A DNA stretch of 64,000 nucleotides from Escherichia coli (GTDB taxonomy: Bacteria; Pseudomonadota; Gammaproteobacteria; Enterobacterales; Enterobacteriaceae). The notes beneath the pieces are model-generated. The model was not told the DNA's origin, did no database searches, and saw nothing but the letters and a program-made list of their open reading frames with translations. The position numbers were made by a program, and so were the translations under genes. The first letter of the stretch is position 1, and each line of letters begins with the position of its first letter. The stretch lies in the NCBI RefSeq assembly GCF_022846255.1, contig NZ_AP025682.1; one strand, written 5' to 3'. Of the stretch, positions 1-17,738 are shown piece by piece.

Positions 1-299
<299 letters not shown>

Positions 300-313
300 A
301 ACCTATTTCTTCA

Positions 314-3274
<2,961 letters not shown>

Positions 3275-3799
3275 TTGTCATCCCTCCTCAGGGACGTAAT
3301 AAGTTGATCCATCAATTATCAATGCATAGAAAACATATTATGTTTCGCGTTGACGATTATGCGGCGTTATAGAGGAATGGTTCAATTATTCTTTCCCCTA
3401 AGTCCGATTGCGGACATATATAAAGCACGTGAACACACACACAGAAAGAAATAACAAAAACACAATATTTCAATACGTTAATGAAAGCGTTAATTTTAAA
3501 ACATAGGCCATGAAAATATAAAACAACCAAAACAGACAAATAATGTATCAATAAGCAATGAACTTTAAGTCATTCACTTTTTGAAAACGTCACCAAATCT
3601 CCAAAAACAATAATCTATAGCTATAAATAAAAATTAAAAATATTTTCAATGAATATAAATTTATTGCTATTTCTATTACAAAGATGTCCTGACCTCTCAT
3701 TCATTCTCTTCTTGTCAACATCGCGACAACTTTCGTAAAACATCCCCACCCTGCTTCAGGTATACTATGCCCCTCGATTCCACAAACATCAGGCAGACC

Positions 3800-4774
3800 A
3801 TGACAGATTTAATCCAACGCCCTCGTCGCCTGCGCAAATCTCCTGCGCTGCGCGCTATGTTTGAAGAGACAACACTTAGCCTTAACGACCTGGTGTTGCC
3901 GATCTTTGTTGAAGAAGAAATTGACGACTACAAAGCCGTTGAAGCCATGCCAGGCGTGATGCGCATTCCAGAGAAACATCTGGCACGCGAAATTGAACGC
4001 ATCGCCAACGCCGGTATTCGTTCCGTGATGACTTTCGGCATCTCTCACCATACCGATGAAACCGGCAGCGACGCCTGGCGGGAAGATGGACTGGTGGCGC
4101 GTATGTCGCGCATCTGCAAGCAGACTGTGCCAGAAATGATCGTCATGTCAGACACTTGTTTCTGTGAATACACTTCTCACGGTCACTGCGGTGTGCTGTG
4201 CGAGCATGGCGTCGACAACGACGCGACTCTGGAAAATTTAGGCAAGCAAGCCGTGGTTGCAGCTGCTGCAGGCGCAGATTTCATCGCCCCTTCCGCCGCG
4301 ATGGACGGCCAGGTACAGGCGATTCGCCAGGCGCTGGACGCTGCGGGCTTTAAAGATACGGCGATTATGTCGTATTCGACCAAGTTCGCCTCCTCCTTTT
4401 ATGGCCCGTTCCGTGAAGCTGCCGGAAGCGCATTAAAAGGCGACCGCAAAAGCTATCAGATGAACCCAATGAACCGTCGTGAGGCGATTCGTGAGTCACT
4501 GCTGGATGAAGCCCAGGGCGCAGACTGCCTGATGGTTAAACCTGCTGGAGCGTACCTCGACATCGTGCGTGAGCTGCGTGAACGTACTGAATTGCCGATT
4601 GGCGCGTATCAGGTGAGCGGTGAGTACGCGATGATTAAGTTCGCCGCGCTGGCGGGTGCTATAGATGAAGAGAAAGTCGTGCTCGAAAGCTTAGGTTCGA
4701 TTAAGCGTGCGGGTGCGGATCTGATTTTCAGCTACTTTGCGCTGGATTTGGCTGAGAAGAAGATTCTGCGTTAA
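3800..4774 (+). CDS. hemB: porphobilinogen synthase (delta-aminolevulinate dehydratase)
   Basis: Translation from ATG 3800 ([24 protein letters not shown]...) matches HemB, 324 aa; ORF-track start at 3767 is an upstream extension. Confidence 0.93.
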
Positions 4775-4782
4775 TGTTCATT

Positions 4783-4806
4783 ATGCCGGGTTATCCAACC
4801 CGGCAT
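4783..4806. terminator. hairpin between convergent hemB and tauD (GCCGGGTT-N5-AACCCGGC)
   Basis: Inverted repeat directly after hemB stop (4772-4774) and before tauD stop (4814). Confidence 0.5.
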
Positions 4807-4813
4807 TTCCCCC

Positions 4814-5665
4814 TTACCCCGCCCGATAAAACGGTTTATCCCCAAGAATCGTCGCCCGATGCATAATCCGCCGCTGTGGCAGGTAATCCGCATTGGCATA
4901 GTGCTGAGTCACGCGGTTATCCCAAATCGCAATATCATTCGGTTGCCAGCGCCAGCGCACCTGAAACTCCGGTTTAGTGATATGGGCAAACAAAAAACCT
5001 AACAAGGCTTCGCTCTCTTTCTCGCTGACATCAACAATTCGTGTGGTAAAACCTTCGTTCACAAACAGCGCCTGTTTACCGGTCACCGGATGCGTTCGCA
5101 CCACCGGATGTAGCAACGGTGGATTTTTCGCGACCGCCTCACGCCAGCGTTGATGCTCAGCCTCGGTTTTGCGGTACTTGTATTCCGGGAACGATTTACG
5201 GAAATCATGCTCCGCACGCAACCCGCTCAACAGCTGGCGGAAGGGAACAGAGAGCGCCTCATATGCGGCAATACCACTGGCCCAGAGCGTATCGCCGCCG
5301 GTCGAGGGTAACTCTTTCGCCGCCAGAATCGCCCCTGCGGGTGGCGTTTGAATAAATGTCACATCGGTGTGCCAGTTGTCGTTATCCGGCGGATTATCGT
5401 TATGGGTATCCAGGACGATGATCTCGTCAACCCCTTCAGCATGAGGGTAAACAGGGTGAATATGCAGCTCGCCAAAACGCTGGGCCAGCGCGCGTTGCTG
5501 CTGCGGCGTAATAGCTTGATCGCGCAGAAACACCACATGATGGCGCAGCACCGCATGGTAAAGCTGTTCAAACTGATTATCGCTTAACGGGCGCGTTAAG
5601 TCGGCCCCCGTAATTTGTGCGCCAATATACGGCCCCAGCGGGGTAATGCTCAGACGTTCACTCAT
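4814..5665 (-). CDS. tauD: taurine dioxygenase (alpha-ketoglutarate dependent)
   Basis: 283 aa [21 protein letters not shown]...; last gene of tauABCD. Confidence 0.95.
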   Translation of the reverse strand: MSERLSITPLGPYIGAQITGADLTRPLSDNQFEQLYHAVLRHHVVFLRDQAITPQQQRALAQRFGELHIHPVYPHAEGVDEIIVLDTHNDNPPDNDNWHTDVTFIQTPPAGAILAAKELPSTGGDTLWASGIAAYEALSVPFRQLLSGLRAEHDFRKSFPEYKYRKTEAEHQRWREAVAKNPPLLHPVVRTHPVTGKQALFVNEGFTTRIVDVSEKESEALLGFLFAHITKPEFQVRWRWQPNDIAIWDNRVTQHYANADYLPQRRIMHRATILGDKPFYRAG

Positions 5666-6489
5666 TGTACTTCTCCATGCCAGGGCGTCAGGCGGCGCTG
5701 TAACGCGCGCAGACCCAGTTCTAAAAGAAAGGCGATAATCGCAATCACCGCGATCCCCGCCAGCACCACGTCAGTCGCGAGAAATTCACCCGCTGACTGA
5801 ACCATAAATCCTAAACCGCGCGTTGCGGCAATCAGCTCCGCCGCCACCAGCGTAGACCAGCCCACACCCAGACCAATGCGTAATCCGGTGAGGATTTCCG
5901 GCAGCGCGCCGGGCAAAATGACAAACCACAGCACCTGCGCACGGCTGGCACCCAGCGACTGGGCGGCACGAATGCGAACCTGCTGCGCGCTTTTCACCCC
6001 CGCCAGCGCCGACATCGCCACCGGCGCAAAAATCGCTAGATAGATCAGTAAGATCTTCGAGGTTTCGCCAATACCAAACCAGATCACCATCAGCGGCAAA
6101 TAAGCCAGCGGCGGCACCGGACGATAAAGCTCGATTATCGGATCCAGAATGCCGCGCACCGTCGGGCTTAGCCCCATGGCGATCCCGACCGGAATACCGA
6201 TCAACACCGCCGCAAGTAGCGCCAGCAAAATGCGCGTCAGGCTGGCTGCCAGATGCTGCCACAGCGTGGCGTCCATAAATCCCTGCGGCCCGGCAATGGT
6301 GAGCAGTTTTGCCAGTACCTGTTGCGGTGGCGGCAAAAACAGCGGGCTAATCAGTTGCAGCGCCGCGACTGCCCACCATACAGTGAGCAAAACCGCTAAC
6401 GTACCAATGCTTAAGGTCACCTGACGCGAGAGCGGCCAGCGCCATTTCAGCCGATGCGAATGCAGTTTTTCATTAATGAGCACACTCAT
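5662..6489 (-). CDS. tauC: taurine ABC transporter permease
   Basis: 275 aa membrane protein; 4-nt overlap with tauD start. Confidence 0.95.
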   Translation of the reverse strand: MSVLINEKLHSHRLKWRWPLSRQVTLSIGTLAVLLTVWWAVAALQLISPLFLPPPQQVLAKLLTIAGPQGFMDATLWQHLAASLTRILLALLAAVLIGIPVGIAMGLSPTVRGILDPIIELYRPVPPLAYLPLMVIWFGIGETSKILLIYLAIFAPVAMSALAGVKSAQQVRIRAAQSLGASRAQVLWFVILPGALPEILTGLRIGLGVGWSTLVAAELIAATRGLGFMVQSAGEFLATDVVLAGIAVIAIIAFLLELGLRALQRRLTPWHGEVQ

Positions 6490-7253
6490 GAGAACGCCTC
6501 CCGTTGCTCAAATACGCGGCTTAAAACATATTCGCGCATGGCGATGAATTGTGGATTGGACTTGATGCTGCGGCTCGACTCTCCCGCAACAAAGCGGCGA
6601 GCAAAGTTGAGTGGCAGCCGCTCCAGCACGCGGCCTGGGCCGGGTGAAAGCAGAACCAGTTCAGTCGCCATAAACACCGCTTCTTCTATATCGTGGGTAA
6701 TCAACAGCACCTGCTTTCCCGTCTCCTGCCAGAGTTTCAGCAGCAGGGTTTGTATCTGGTCGCGGGTGAAGGCGTCCAGCGCACCAAACGGTTCGTCGAG
6801 TAATAACAGCTGGGGATTTGCCGCCAACGCGCGGGCAATCCCCACCCGCTGACGTTGACCACCGGAAAGCTGCCAGATGTAGCGTTTTTCTGCGCCTTCC
6901 AGCCCGACTTTTTTCACCATCTGGTGTGCGATTTCCAGTCGCTGCATTTTCTCTACACCTGCCAGTTGCAGGCCGAACGCCACGTTGTCCTGTACATTGC
7001 GCCACGGTAACAACCCTTCATTCTGAAAAACTACGCCACGCTCTGCTCCCGGTCCCTGAATACCCTTACCCGCCAGTTGAATGCTGCCATGCTGATAAGG
7101 CACAAAACCAGCAATCAAATTCAGCAACGTAGTTTTGCCGCAGCCAGACGGCCCCAGAACTACCAGAAGCTCGCCGCTTTCCAGCGTCAGGTTGATATCT
7201 TCCAGTGCCGGTTTGCCGCCATAATCGGCGTAAAGATGAGAAATTTGCAGCAT
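6486..7253 (-). CDS. tauB: taurine ABC transporter ATP-binding protein
   Basis: 255 aa; Walker [10 protein letters not shown], signature LSGGQRQR; overlaps tauC start by 4 nt. Confidence 0.95.
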   Translation of the reverse strand: MLQISHLYADYGGKPALEDINLTLESGELLVVLGPSGCGKTTLLNLIAGFVPYQHGSIQLAGKGIQGPGAERGVVFQNEGLLPWRNVQDNVAFGLQLAGVEKMQRLEIAHQMVKKVGLEGAEKRYIWQLSGGQRQRVGIARALAANPQLLLLDEPFGALDAFTRDQIQTLLLKLWQETGKQVLLITHDIEEAVFMATELVLLSPGPGRVLERLPLNFARRFVAGESSRSIKSNPQFIAMREYVLSRVFEQREAFS

Positions 7254-7265
7254 CTGCGCCTCCTT

Positions 7266-8228
7266 TTATTGCACGAAGCGCGAGGTAACGTACTGGCTGT
7301 AATCATTCGCTACAGCCGGGACTTTGCCCTGCTCTTTCAAAAACTGCGCGGTGTCGATGATCGCTTTGTTCACCGGTCCGGTCAGTTCTGCCGTTTGCTG
7401 CTGCGGCGTCAGATAGGTATTCCCCTTCACCAGCCCCGGAATGTCACCTTCCGGCACGCCGCTTAACCGCGCCAGTTTGCTGATGTTTTCCGGCTGTTTC
7501 AGCCACGCGTCTGGGTTAGCAATGTACGGTTGCTGAGCATCGATGGCGCTTTTAGCGAACGCTTTCACGACCTCAGGATGTTTCTCGGCAAAATCTTTCC
7601 GCACGACCCAGACGTCCAGTGTCGGCGCGCCCCACTGCCCGACCTGTTCAGAATCGGTCAGCACCTTGCCATCTTTTTCCAGGGCGTTAACCGCCGGTGC
7701 CCAGACATAAGCACCATCAATATCTCCCCGCTGCCATGCGGCGATAATTGCGGGCGGCTGCAGGTTCACAATCTCAACTTGCCCAGGTTTAATACCCCAG
7801 TGTTTCAGCGCCGCCAGCAGGCTGTAGTGGGTGGTGGAGATAAACGGTACGGCGATGCGTTTACCAATCAAGTCTTCCGGTTTACTGATAGTTTTCTTTA
7901 CCACCAGCGCTTCGGAGTTACCCAGTTTTGACGCCAGCAAGAAGACTTCAATCGGCACCTGTTGGCTGGTTGCAACCGCTAACGGGCTGGAACCGAGGTT
8001 GCCGATTTGCACGTCGCCCGAAGCCAGCGCCCGCACGATGCTGGCTCCACTGTCAAACTTACGCCAGTCCACGGTTGCTCCGCTTTCTTTAGCAAAGGTG
8101 TTGTCGGCCTGAGCCACTTTCGCCGGTTCGGCGGAGGTTTGATACGCCACGGTGACGTTCACCGCCTGCGCCTGAAAAGCGATGAATGCCAGTGCGGCAA
8201 GAAATGTGTTACGCGATGAAATTGCCAT
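7266..8228 (-). CDS. tauA: taurine ABC transporter periplasmic binding protein
   Basis: 320 aa with signal peptide MAISSRNTFLAALAFIAFQAQA. Confidence 0.95.
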   Translation of the reverse strand: MAISSRNTFLAALAFIAFQAQAVNVTVAYQTSAEPAKVAQADNTFAKESGATVDWRKFDSGASIVRALASGDVQIGNLGSSPLAVATSQQVPIEVFLLASKLGNSEALVVKKTISKPEDLIGKRIAVPFISTTHYSLLAALKHWGIKPGQVEIVNLQPPAIIAAWQRGDIDGAYVWAPAVNALEKDGKVLTDSEQVGQWGAPTLDVWVVRKDFAEKHPEVVKAFAKSAIDAQQPYIANPDAWLKQPENISKLARLSGVPEGDIPGLVKGNTYLTPQQQTAELTGPVNKAIIDTAQFLKEQGKVPAVANDYSQYVTSRFVQ

Positions 8229-8456
8229 GATTGTCTGCTCCCTTGTCTTGTTATGGGAGCAGTATTTCGTTGCGGGTAAGTTTGATAAAGGAATTAAAAC
8301 GTCTTGTTAATAACAAAGCGTTTTTAGAAAAAAATCGGCAATGGTTAGCGAGTTTGCGCATTTTGCTACTTTTAACAAACATCGCCTGATGTGGCGCTCA
8401 CGCCTCTTATCATGCCTACAAATACAGGGGCCGGATAAATTTTATTCTCCAGTGTT

Positions 8457-8511
8457 ATATACTATAGGGGGGTATGCATTGACATATAGCATACCCCCCT
8501 ATAGTATATTG
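8457..8511. promoter_or_regulatory. frmRAB promoter-operator: palindrome ATACTATAGGGGGGTATGC-N9-GCATACCCCCCTATAGTAT
   Basis: Near-perfect inverted repeat with G6/C6 tracts 25-75 bp upstream of the frmR ATG; this is the operator architecture of the RcnR/FrmR/CsoR family. Confidence 0.7.
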
Positions 8512-8533
8512 CATGCAGATGATGAGGTGCGAA

Positions 8534-8809
8534 ATGCCCAGTACTCCGGAAGAGAAGAAAAAGGTCCTTACTCGAGTTCGTCGTATTCGGGGGCAGATTG
8601 ATGCTCTGGAACGGTCGCTGGAGGGTGATGCCGAATGCCGTGCCATACTCCAACAGATCGCTGCCGTTCGGGGCGCGGCTAACGGGCTGATGGCAGAAGT
8701 GCTTGAAAGCCATATCCGGGAAACGTTTGACCGAAATGACTGCTACAGCCGCGAAGTCAGCCAATCCGTTGACGACACTATTGAACTGGTTCGTGCCTAT
8801 CTTAAATAG
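8534..8809 (+). CDS. frmR: formaldehyde-responsive transcriptional repressor
   Basis: 91 aa from ATG 8534 ([29 protein letters not shown]...). Confidence 0.92.
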
Positions 8810-8813
8810 CTGA

Positions 8814-9953
<1,140 letters not shown>

Positions 9954-10044
9954 TTTCCCGCAGGTTTACCCGTCCAGTTCAGACGGGGTTCTTAATACTC
10001 TCCCCGGGCAGCCGTCCGGGGGATTAACCGTGAGATAATGACTG

Positions 10045-10878
10045 ATGGAACTCATTGAAAAACATGCCAGCTTTGGCGGCTGGCAAAATGTGTATCGGCA
10101 TTATTCCCCATCACTGAAATGTGAAATGAATGTCGGCGTCTATCTCCCGCCAAAAGCCGCAAATGAAAAATTGCCGGTGTTGTACTGGCTTTCAGGCCTG
10201 ACCTGCAACGAGCAAAATTTCATTACTAAATCGGGGATGCAGCGTTACGCGGCTGAGCACAACATTATTGTTGTTGCGCCGGACACCAGTCCGCGAGGCA
10301 GTCATGTCGCAGATGCTGACCGTTACGATCTCGGGCAAGGTGCCGGATTTTACCTGAACGCGACGCAAGCGCCGTGGAATGAACATTACAAAATGTATGA
10401 CTATATCCGCAACGAGCTGCCGGATTTAGTGATGCAACATTTTCCGGCAACGACCAGAAAGTCTATCTCAGGTCATTCTATGGGCGGGCTGGGCGCGCTG
10501 GTGCTGGCGTTACGTAACCCAGATGAATATGTCAGCGTCTCGGCGTTTTCGCCCATTGTCTCCCCATCGCAAGTACCGTGGGGACAGCAAGCCTTTACCG
10601 CATATCTTGGTGAAAATAAAGAAGCCTGGTTGGATTACGACCCGGTGAGTCTTATTTCACAAGGTCAACGCGTTGCGGAAATAATGGTTGATCAGGGGTT
10701 GAGTGATGATTTTTACGCAGAACAGCTGCGGACTTCAAATCTTGAAAAGATCTGCCAGGAGATGAATATCAAGACGTTAATCCGTTATCACGAGGGTTAT
10801 GATCACAGCTATTATTTTGTCTCCAGTTTTATTGGCGAGCATATTGCGTACCACGCCAATAAACTGAATATGCGTTGA
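10045..10878 (+). CDS. frmB: S-formylglutathione hydrolase
   Basis: 277 aa esterase with GHSMGG serine motif. Confidence 0.95.
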   Translation: MELIEKHASFGGWQNVYRHYSPSLKCEMNVGVYLPPKAANEKLPVLYWLSGLTCNEQNFITKSGMQRYAAEHNIIVVAPDTSPRGSHVADADRYDLGQGAGFYLNATQAPWNEHYKMYDYIRNELPDLVMQHFPATTRKSISGHSMGGLGALVLALRNPDEYVSVSAFSPIVSPSQVPWGQQAFTAYLGENKEAWLDYDPVSLISQGQRVAEIMVDQGLSDDFYAEQLRTSNLEKICQEMNIKTLIRYHEGYDHSYYFVSSFIGEHIAYHANKLNMR

Positions 10879-10880
10879 GC

Positions 10881-11094
<214 letters not shown>

Positions 11095-11104
11095 TTATCT
11101 ATGT

Positions 11105-11644
11105 TTACCACATCAAATCATCAGGCACTTTGAAGTCGGCATACGGATCGTCTTCATCCTGCTCTTCGGCGCTGAGCGCGCTGTGCAACACAATACTGCT
11201 GGCATCACGCTGAGCAATTTTATCGGCAACACTGGCGGGAATAATGGCGTATTCACCTTCGCTATTGTTATCGACCAACAAGCGGGCAATCGCCAGACGA
11301 CCATTAATCAACTGCGCCTGTGTGAGCTTATCGACAAAAATCTTCTTAATCAGATTGCCGTCAGTGAAGTTAAAACCAATATCGCCATTGGCAATGGTGA
11401 TTCGGTTCATTTCAATGAGCTGCTTCACCTGGGCTTTATATTCTTTCGCCAACGCCGCTTGTTTTTGCTGTTCGCTAAGCTGTTTATCACGCTCAAGCTG
11501 TGCCTTTTTATTTTCTTCTACCGCCGCCCGAGCTTCACGCGCCTGAACGCGCGATTTTTTCGCCGTTCTCTCGACCTTCGCCGCTTTTTTGCTGGTGACT
11601 AATCCTGCTTTGAGCAACTGCTCTTGTAAGGTAAGTTTTGCCAT
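11105..11644 (-). CDS. yaiL: DUF2058-family protein YaiL
   Basis: 179 aa from ATG 11644 (MAKLTLQEQLLKAGLVTSKK...); ORF-track start at 11761 is an upstream extension. Confidence 0.85.
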   Translation of the reverse strand: MAKLTLQEQLLKAGLVTSKKAAKVERTAKKSRVQAREARAAVEENKKAQLERDKQLSEQQKQAALAKEYKAQVKQLIEMNRITIANGDIGFNFTDGNLIKKIFVDKLTQAQLINGRLAIARLLVDNNSEGEYAIIPASVADKIAQRDASSIVLHSALSAEEQDEDDPYADFKVPDDLMW

Positions 11645-11745
11645 CTTTGTTTCCAAACCCGCTGAATAATTTTTAGCGAGTATACCTGTAAACGCCGTAG
11701 GTGTATTGGGGGCAAGTCCCTTTCGCCCCTGCTTAATAAGGCGCG

Positions 11746-12957
11746 TCAGGCATCGGCGCACGGCTGCATTCGTGATCTCCGGCTCATCAAAATAAATACT
11801 GCCAGGCCAGCAACAAGAATACCCGGCGCAGAAGCGGCCATTACGCCAACCGTGCCAATGCCTAATGCCAGCATTTTCCCGGCCAGTAACGGACCGCTCA
11901 TAGCCCCCAGACGCCCTACCGCCACGGCTGTTCCCACACCTGTTGCGCGGATCTGCGAACTGTAAAACAACGGTGCCAGGGCATACAAAACGCTTTGCCC
12001 ACCTGTCGCAAACAACCCCGCGACGAATCCCGCCAGCAACATACCGTTAAATGACGACACCGTTCCCAGCGCCAGCAGCGAAGCTAACATGCCGCTATAA
12101 ATCAGTAACGACATGGTTACTGGACGCAGCTTATCCATCAATGCGCCCAACATTAACGTCCCGCTTGCCGCCCCCATTTGCAGTGCAAACATCACCCCTG
12201 CCGCCTGCGATGGCTGGAATCCTTGCTCCACCAAAAGCAGCGGTAGCCAGTTGATCAACATGTAGACCACCAGCAGAGTGAAGAAATAACACAACCACAG
12301 CAGCAGCGTCGCGGTTGCCGTTTCTGGCGCAAATAACGCACGCAGTGGTGGCGCAGCCTGTTTTTCGCCAGCGAACACCGCCGACTCCGGCAGCCAGCGC
12401 ATTAATAGCGGCACCAGAATCAACGGCACCACACCACCTACCCAAAACACCGTTTGCCATGCTAAGTTTGCCCCCGCGAAACCCAGTGTCGCCGCCAGCG
12501 CCGCGCCAATGGGGACACCGCAATACATCAGGCTCACTGCCGTCCCACGAAAACGTGGACCCGCGGCTTCAGACGTCAGGGCGATCAGATTCGGCAACGC
12601 CGCCCCCAGCCCGACACCGGTCATCAGCCGCGCAAAGACCAGTGAGGGGAAATCCCAGGCAATCGCCGTTGCCAGTGAGAACAAACCAAACAGCGCAACT
12701 GAGCCAATCAAAATGCGCTTGCGACCATAACGGTCCGCCAGCATTCCGCCAACCAACGCGCCGGGTAGCAAACCGAGTATTCCGGCGCTGAATATCCAGC
12801 CCATTTGCATTTTATCGAGTGCGAAAGCCTGGGCGATGCCACCCGCCGCAATGCCAGCCGCCTGAAGATCCAGTCCTTCCATCAGAGCGACCAAAAAACA
12901 AAGCCCGATGGTCAGCATCAGGCGGGTTGAAGATGATGAAGGGGTACGAGTCGACAT
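11746..12957 (-). CDS. mhpT: 3-(3-hydroxyphenyl)propionate transporter (MFS)
   Basis: 403 aa from ATG 12957 (MSTRTPSSSSTRLMLTIG...); multiple transmembrane segments. Confidence 0.9.
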   Translation of the reverse strand: MSTRTPSSSSTRLMLTIGLCFLVALMEGLDLQAAGIAAGGIAQAFALDKMQMGWIFSAGILGLLPGALVGGMLADRYGRKRILIGSVALFGLFSLATAIAWDFPSLVFARLMTGVGLGAALPNLIALTSEAAGPRFRGTAVSLMYCGVPIGAALAATLGFAGANLAWQTVFWVGGVVPLILVPLLMRWLPESAVFAGEKQAAPPLRALFAPETATATLLLWLCYFFTLLVVYMLINWLPLLLVEQGFQPSQAAGVMFALQMGAASGTLMLGALMDKLRPVTMSLLIYSGMLASLLALGTVSSFNGMLLAGFVAGLFATGGQSVLYALAPLFYSSQIRATGVGTAVAVGRLGAMSGPLLAGKMLALGIGTVGVMAASAPGILVAGLAVFILMSRRSRMQPCADA

Positions 12958-13052
12958 AAGATGAACCTCGTTGCGAGTGCAGGTGAATCGCGGCTGATAC
13001 ATTGTCAGCCGCGTAATCAGAACCATTTAATGACTGCCTACGGGCGAAATAT

Positions 13053-13085
<33 letters not shown>

Positions 13086-13132
13086 GTCGTGCTGGGATGG
13101 GCATACAAAATGCACGTTCTCGGCAGTCATCA

Positions 13133-14142
13133 TTATTTGTTGTTGCGCAGATCCAGCGCCACGTCGACGATCATATCCTCCTGGCCGCCAACCATCCGGC
13201 GTTTGCCCAGCTCAACGAGAATATCCACCGCGCTTAAGCCATAACGCGCCGCCGCCGTTTCACAGTGACGCAGGAAGCTCGAGTAAACACCAGCGTATCC
13301 CAGCGCCAGCGTTTCGCGATCGACTCGTACCGGTCGATCCTGCAACGGACGCACCAGGTCGTCAGCGGCATCCATTAACGCATAGAGATCGGTCCCATGC
13401 TGCCAACCCAGTTTATCCGCGGCGGCAATAAAAACTTCCAGCGGCGCGTTACCTGCGCCCGCGCCCATTCCCGCGAGGCTGGCGTCGATTCGGTCGCAGC
13501 CCTCTTCCACCGCCGCGATAGAGTTCGCCACGCCAAGACTCAGGTTATGGTGAGCGTGTATGCCGGTTTGCGTTTCTGGTTTCAGCACTGCTTTCAGAGC
13601 GCGGAAACGGTCACGGATATCGCTCATGTTCATCGCACCGCCAGAATCCACCACATAAATACAGGTCGCACCGTAGCCTTCCATCAGCTTTGCCTGCTTT
13701 GCGAGATTCTCCGGCGTGGTCATATGGCTCATCATCAGAAAACCAACGGTGTCCATTCCGAGCTCGCGAGCATACTGAATATGCTGGGCGGAAACATCAG
13801 CTTCGGTACAGTGCGTAGCCACACGAACCACCCGCGCGCCAGCCTGCCAGGCATTTTTCAGATCGTGAATAGTGCCGATTCCAGGCAGCAACAACGTCGC
13901 GATTTTGGCGTGCTTCACCACATCCGCCGCCGCTTCAATCCATTCAAGGTCGCTATGTGCGCCGAAACCATAGTTAAAGCTGGAACCTTGCAAACCGTCG
14001 CCGTGGGCCACTTCAATCGAATCCACGCGGGCATCGTCCAGTGCTTTGGCAACCTGGAGAACGTTTTCCAATGAATACTGATGACGAATGGCGTGCATAC
14101 CGTCACGCAACGTGACGTCCGAGATATAAAGTTTTTTACCGT

Positions 14143-14146
<4 letters not shown>
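13133..14146 (-). CDS. mhpE: 4-hydroxy-2-oxovalerate aldolase
   Basis: 337 aa; overlaps mhpF by 4 nt. Confidence 0.95.
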
Positions 14147-15908
<1,762 letters not shown>

Positions 15909-16775
15909 TTAAGGGCGTGCGAGGAAATTCAGCACCAGTTGATTGAAAGCGTCGGCATGTTCCCACTGCGCCCAGTGACCACAGTCGCGGAAGATATGCA
16001 GTTCAGAACCGGCAATGCCGGACAGCAGACGCAGACCCGCATCCATCGGCACAAAGCGGTCGTTGCGCCCCCAGACAATCAGGGTTTGCGCTTTGATTTC
16101 CGCCAGACGTGGGCCAAAATCCGGGAACTGTTTCGGATTGGCTTCCAGGCTCTTAACGAAGTTTTCCAGGTGATCGCGGCGCGACAGCATATTATTCAGG
16201 CGCGCTTCAAACAGGGCGTCGGTCAAATCGCTGGTATCAAAAACGAAGATATCCATCATCAGCTTCAGGTTTTCGATAGTCGGCTGACGATAAAGCTGAT
16301 TCAGTCGCTTAATACCTTCGGTTGGCATCGGCGTAAACAAACTCATGCCGCCCGTACCGCCGCCCATCAGCACCAGTTTGCCGACGCGCTCCGGCCAGTT
16401 AAGGGTGAACGCCACAGAACTGTGGCCGCCCATCGAGTTGCCCAGCAGGTGGATTTTGGCGATATCCAGTTGATCCACCACGCTTTTCAGGATTCGCGCA
16501 TTAAGATCCGATCGTGAACCACTATTAACGATCGAATCGCTCTTACCCCAACCCGGACAATCCAGCAGGATCACCCGATAGCCCGCCTTTACCAGCGGAT
16601 CGATATTGCGGCTGAAGTTCGCCCAGCCAGTAGCACCCGGGCCGGAACCATGCAGCAGGACAACAGTTTCGTCGCCTTGTCCGCAGTCATTAAAATGGAT
16701 GCGCAGCGTTTTACCCGCTTCTTCTACATTCAGAAAACGGCTGGTGGCGGCTTCGGTTTGTGGCTGATAACTCAT
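15909..16775 (-). CDS. mhpC: 2-hydroxy-6-ketonona-2,4-dienedioate hydrolase (alpha/beta hydrolase)
   Basis: 288 aa from ATG 16775 ([14 protein letters not shown]...); GNSMGG nucleophile elbow. ORF-track start at 16838 is an extension. Confidence 0.93.
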   Translation of the reverse strand: MSYQPQTEAATSRFLNVEEAGKTLRIHFNDCGQGDETVVLLHGSGPGATGWANFSRNIDPLVKAGYRVILLDCPGWGKSDSIVNSGSRSDLNARILKSVVDQLDIAKIHLLGNSMGGHSSVAFTLNWPERVGKLVLMGGGTGGMSLFTPMPTEGIKRLNQLYRQPTIENLKLMMDIFVFDTSDLTDALFEARLNNMLSRRDHLENFVKSLEANPKQFPDFGPRLAEIKAQTLIVWGRNDRFVPMDAGLRLLSGIAGSELHIFRDCGHWAQWEHADAFNQLVLNFLARP

Positions 16776-16792
16776 CATCTTCTCCTGCATAT

Positions 16793-17737
16793 TCAGTTCT
16801 CTGTTCTGGCGCTTAACGAGCCAAATCCGGCAATCCACTCCGGGATTGGGCGGTAATAACGCCCTTCGCTACGCCAGTTGCCAAACGCAGAAATAGCGGC
16901 AAAAGCGGCGACCCAGGTTTTGATTTCATGTGTCGACTTTCCGGCAATGGCGGAAAGCTCTTCGTTACTGACGGCATCCAGTTCCTGTATGCGTCCCTGC
17001 TCCAGCAAAGTCATGAACTGGTTATCCCAAATCGGGTTGAGCGGATGCAGCGTTCTCTGATCCTCAACAAACTTCTCAGCGGCGCTAATCACCCGTTGCT
17101 GACGCAATTCGCGCTCACTGGCGGGTAAATCTTTCCCGCTCCCCAACAGACGGTCGCGCATATGGGCATCGGCTTTCGCCAGTTCTGGCACCGGCGGCTG
17201 ATGGGAAAGCCCACCGGAACCCAGGAACAGCACGCGTTTATTGAGAGTACTGGTGAAACGTCCAATGGCTTCCCCCAACATGCGGGTACGCTGGAAACCG
17301 GGCAACGGCGTGGCGACACCGTTGATGAACACAGGCAGAACCGGCACCTTATCCAGCCCACCGAGCAGGAACTCCAGCGGCTGGGCGAACCCGTGGTCCA
17401 CCTGCATACAGTAAGAAACGGCAAGATCGATTCCGCTCTTCATGACGGCATGCGCACAGGCCTCCGCCAGCTCAACAGGCACGGGCAGCTCTCCTGCCGC
17501 ACTACCGAAATCACCAATTGCCGTCGCTCCAACGCCTAAACAGAACGGTGGCATCACGTCATAGAAAAAGCCGTTGTAGTGATCTGGCGCAAACAGCACC
17601 ACCAACTCAGGGGAGAAAGCCGCAATACGCTCGCGGGCGCTGGCAATCACGCCATTGACCTCATCGAGCACCTCTTGCGCCGGGTCGACATATCCCACCA
17701 GCGGCGAGTGGGAAAGACAGTGAAGATAAGCGTGCAT
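16793..17737 (-). CDS. mhpB: 3-(2,3-dihydroxyphenyl)propionate extradiol dioxygenase
   Basis: 314 aa. Confidence 0.95.
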
Positions 17738-17738
17738 A

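Noticed and set aside
11645-11761. Upstream-extended starts from the ORF track (yaiL 11761, mhpT 13026, mhpC 16838, mhpR 19480, hemB 3767, frmR 8513, betI 58700, prpR 35506)
   Set aside because: Internal ATG/GTG starts reproduce the conserved N-termini and expected protein lengths; the extensions run into intergenic or REP sequence.
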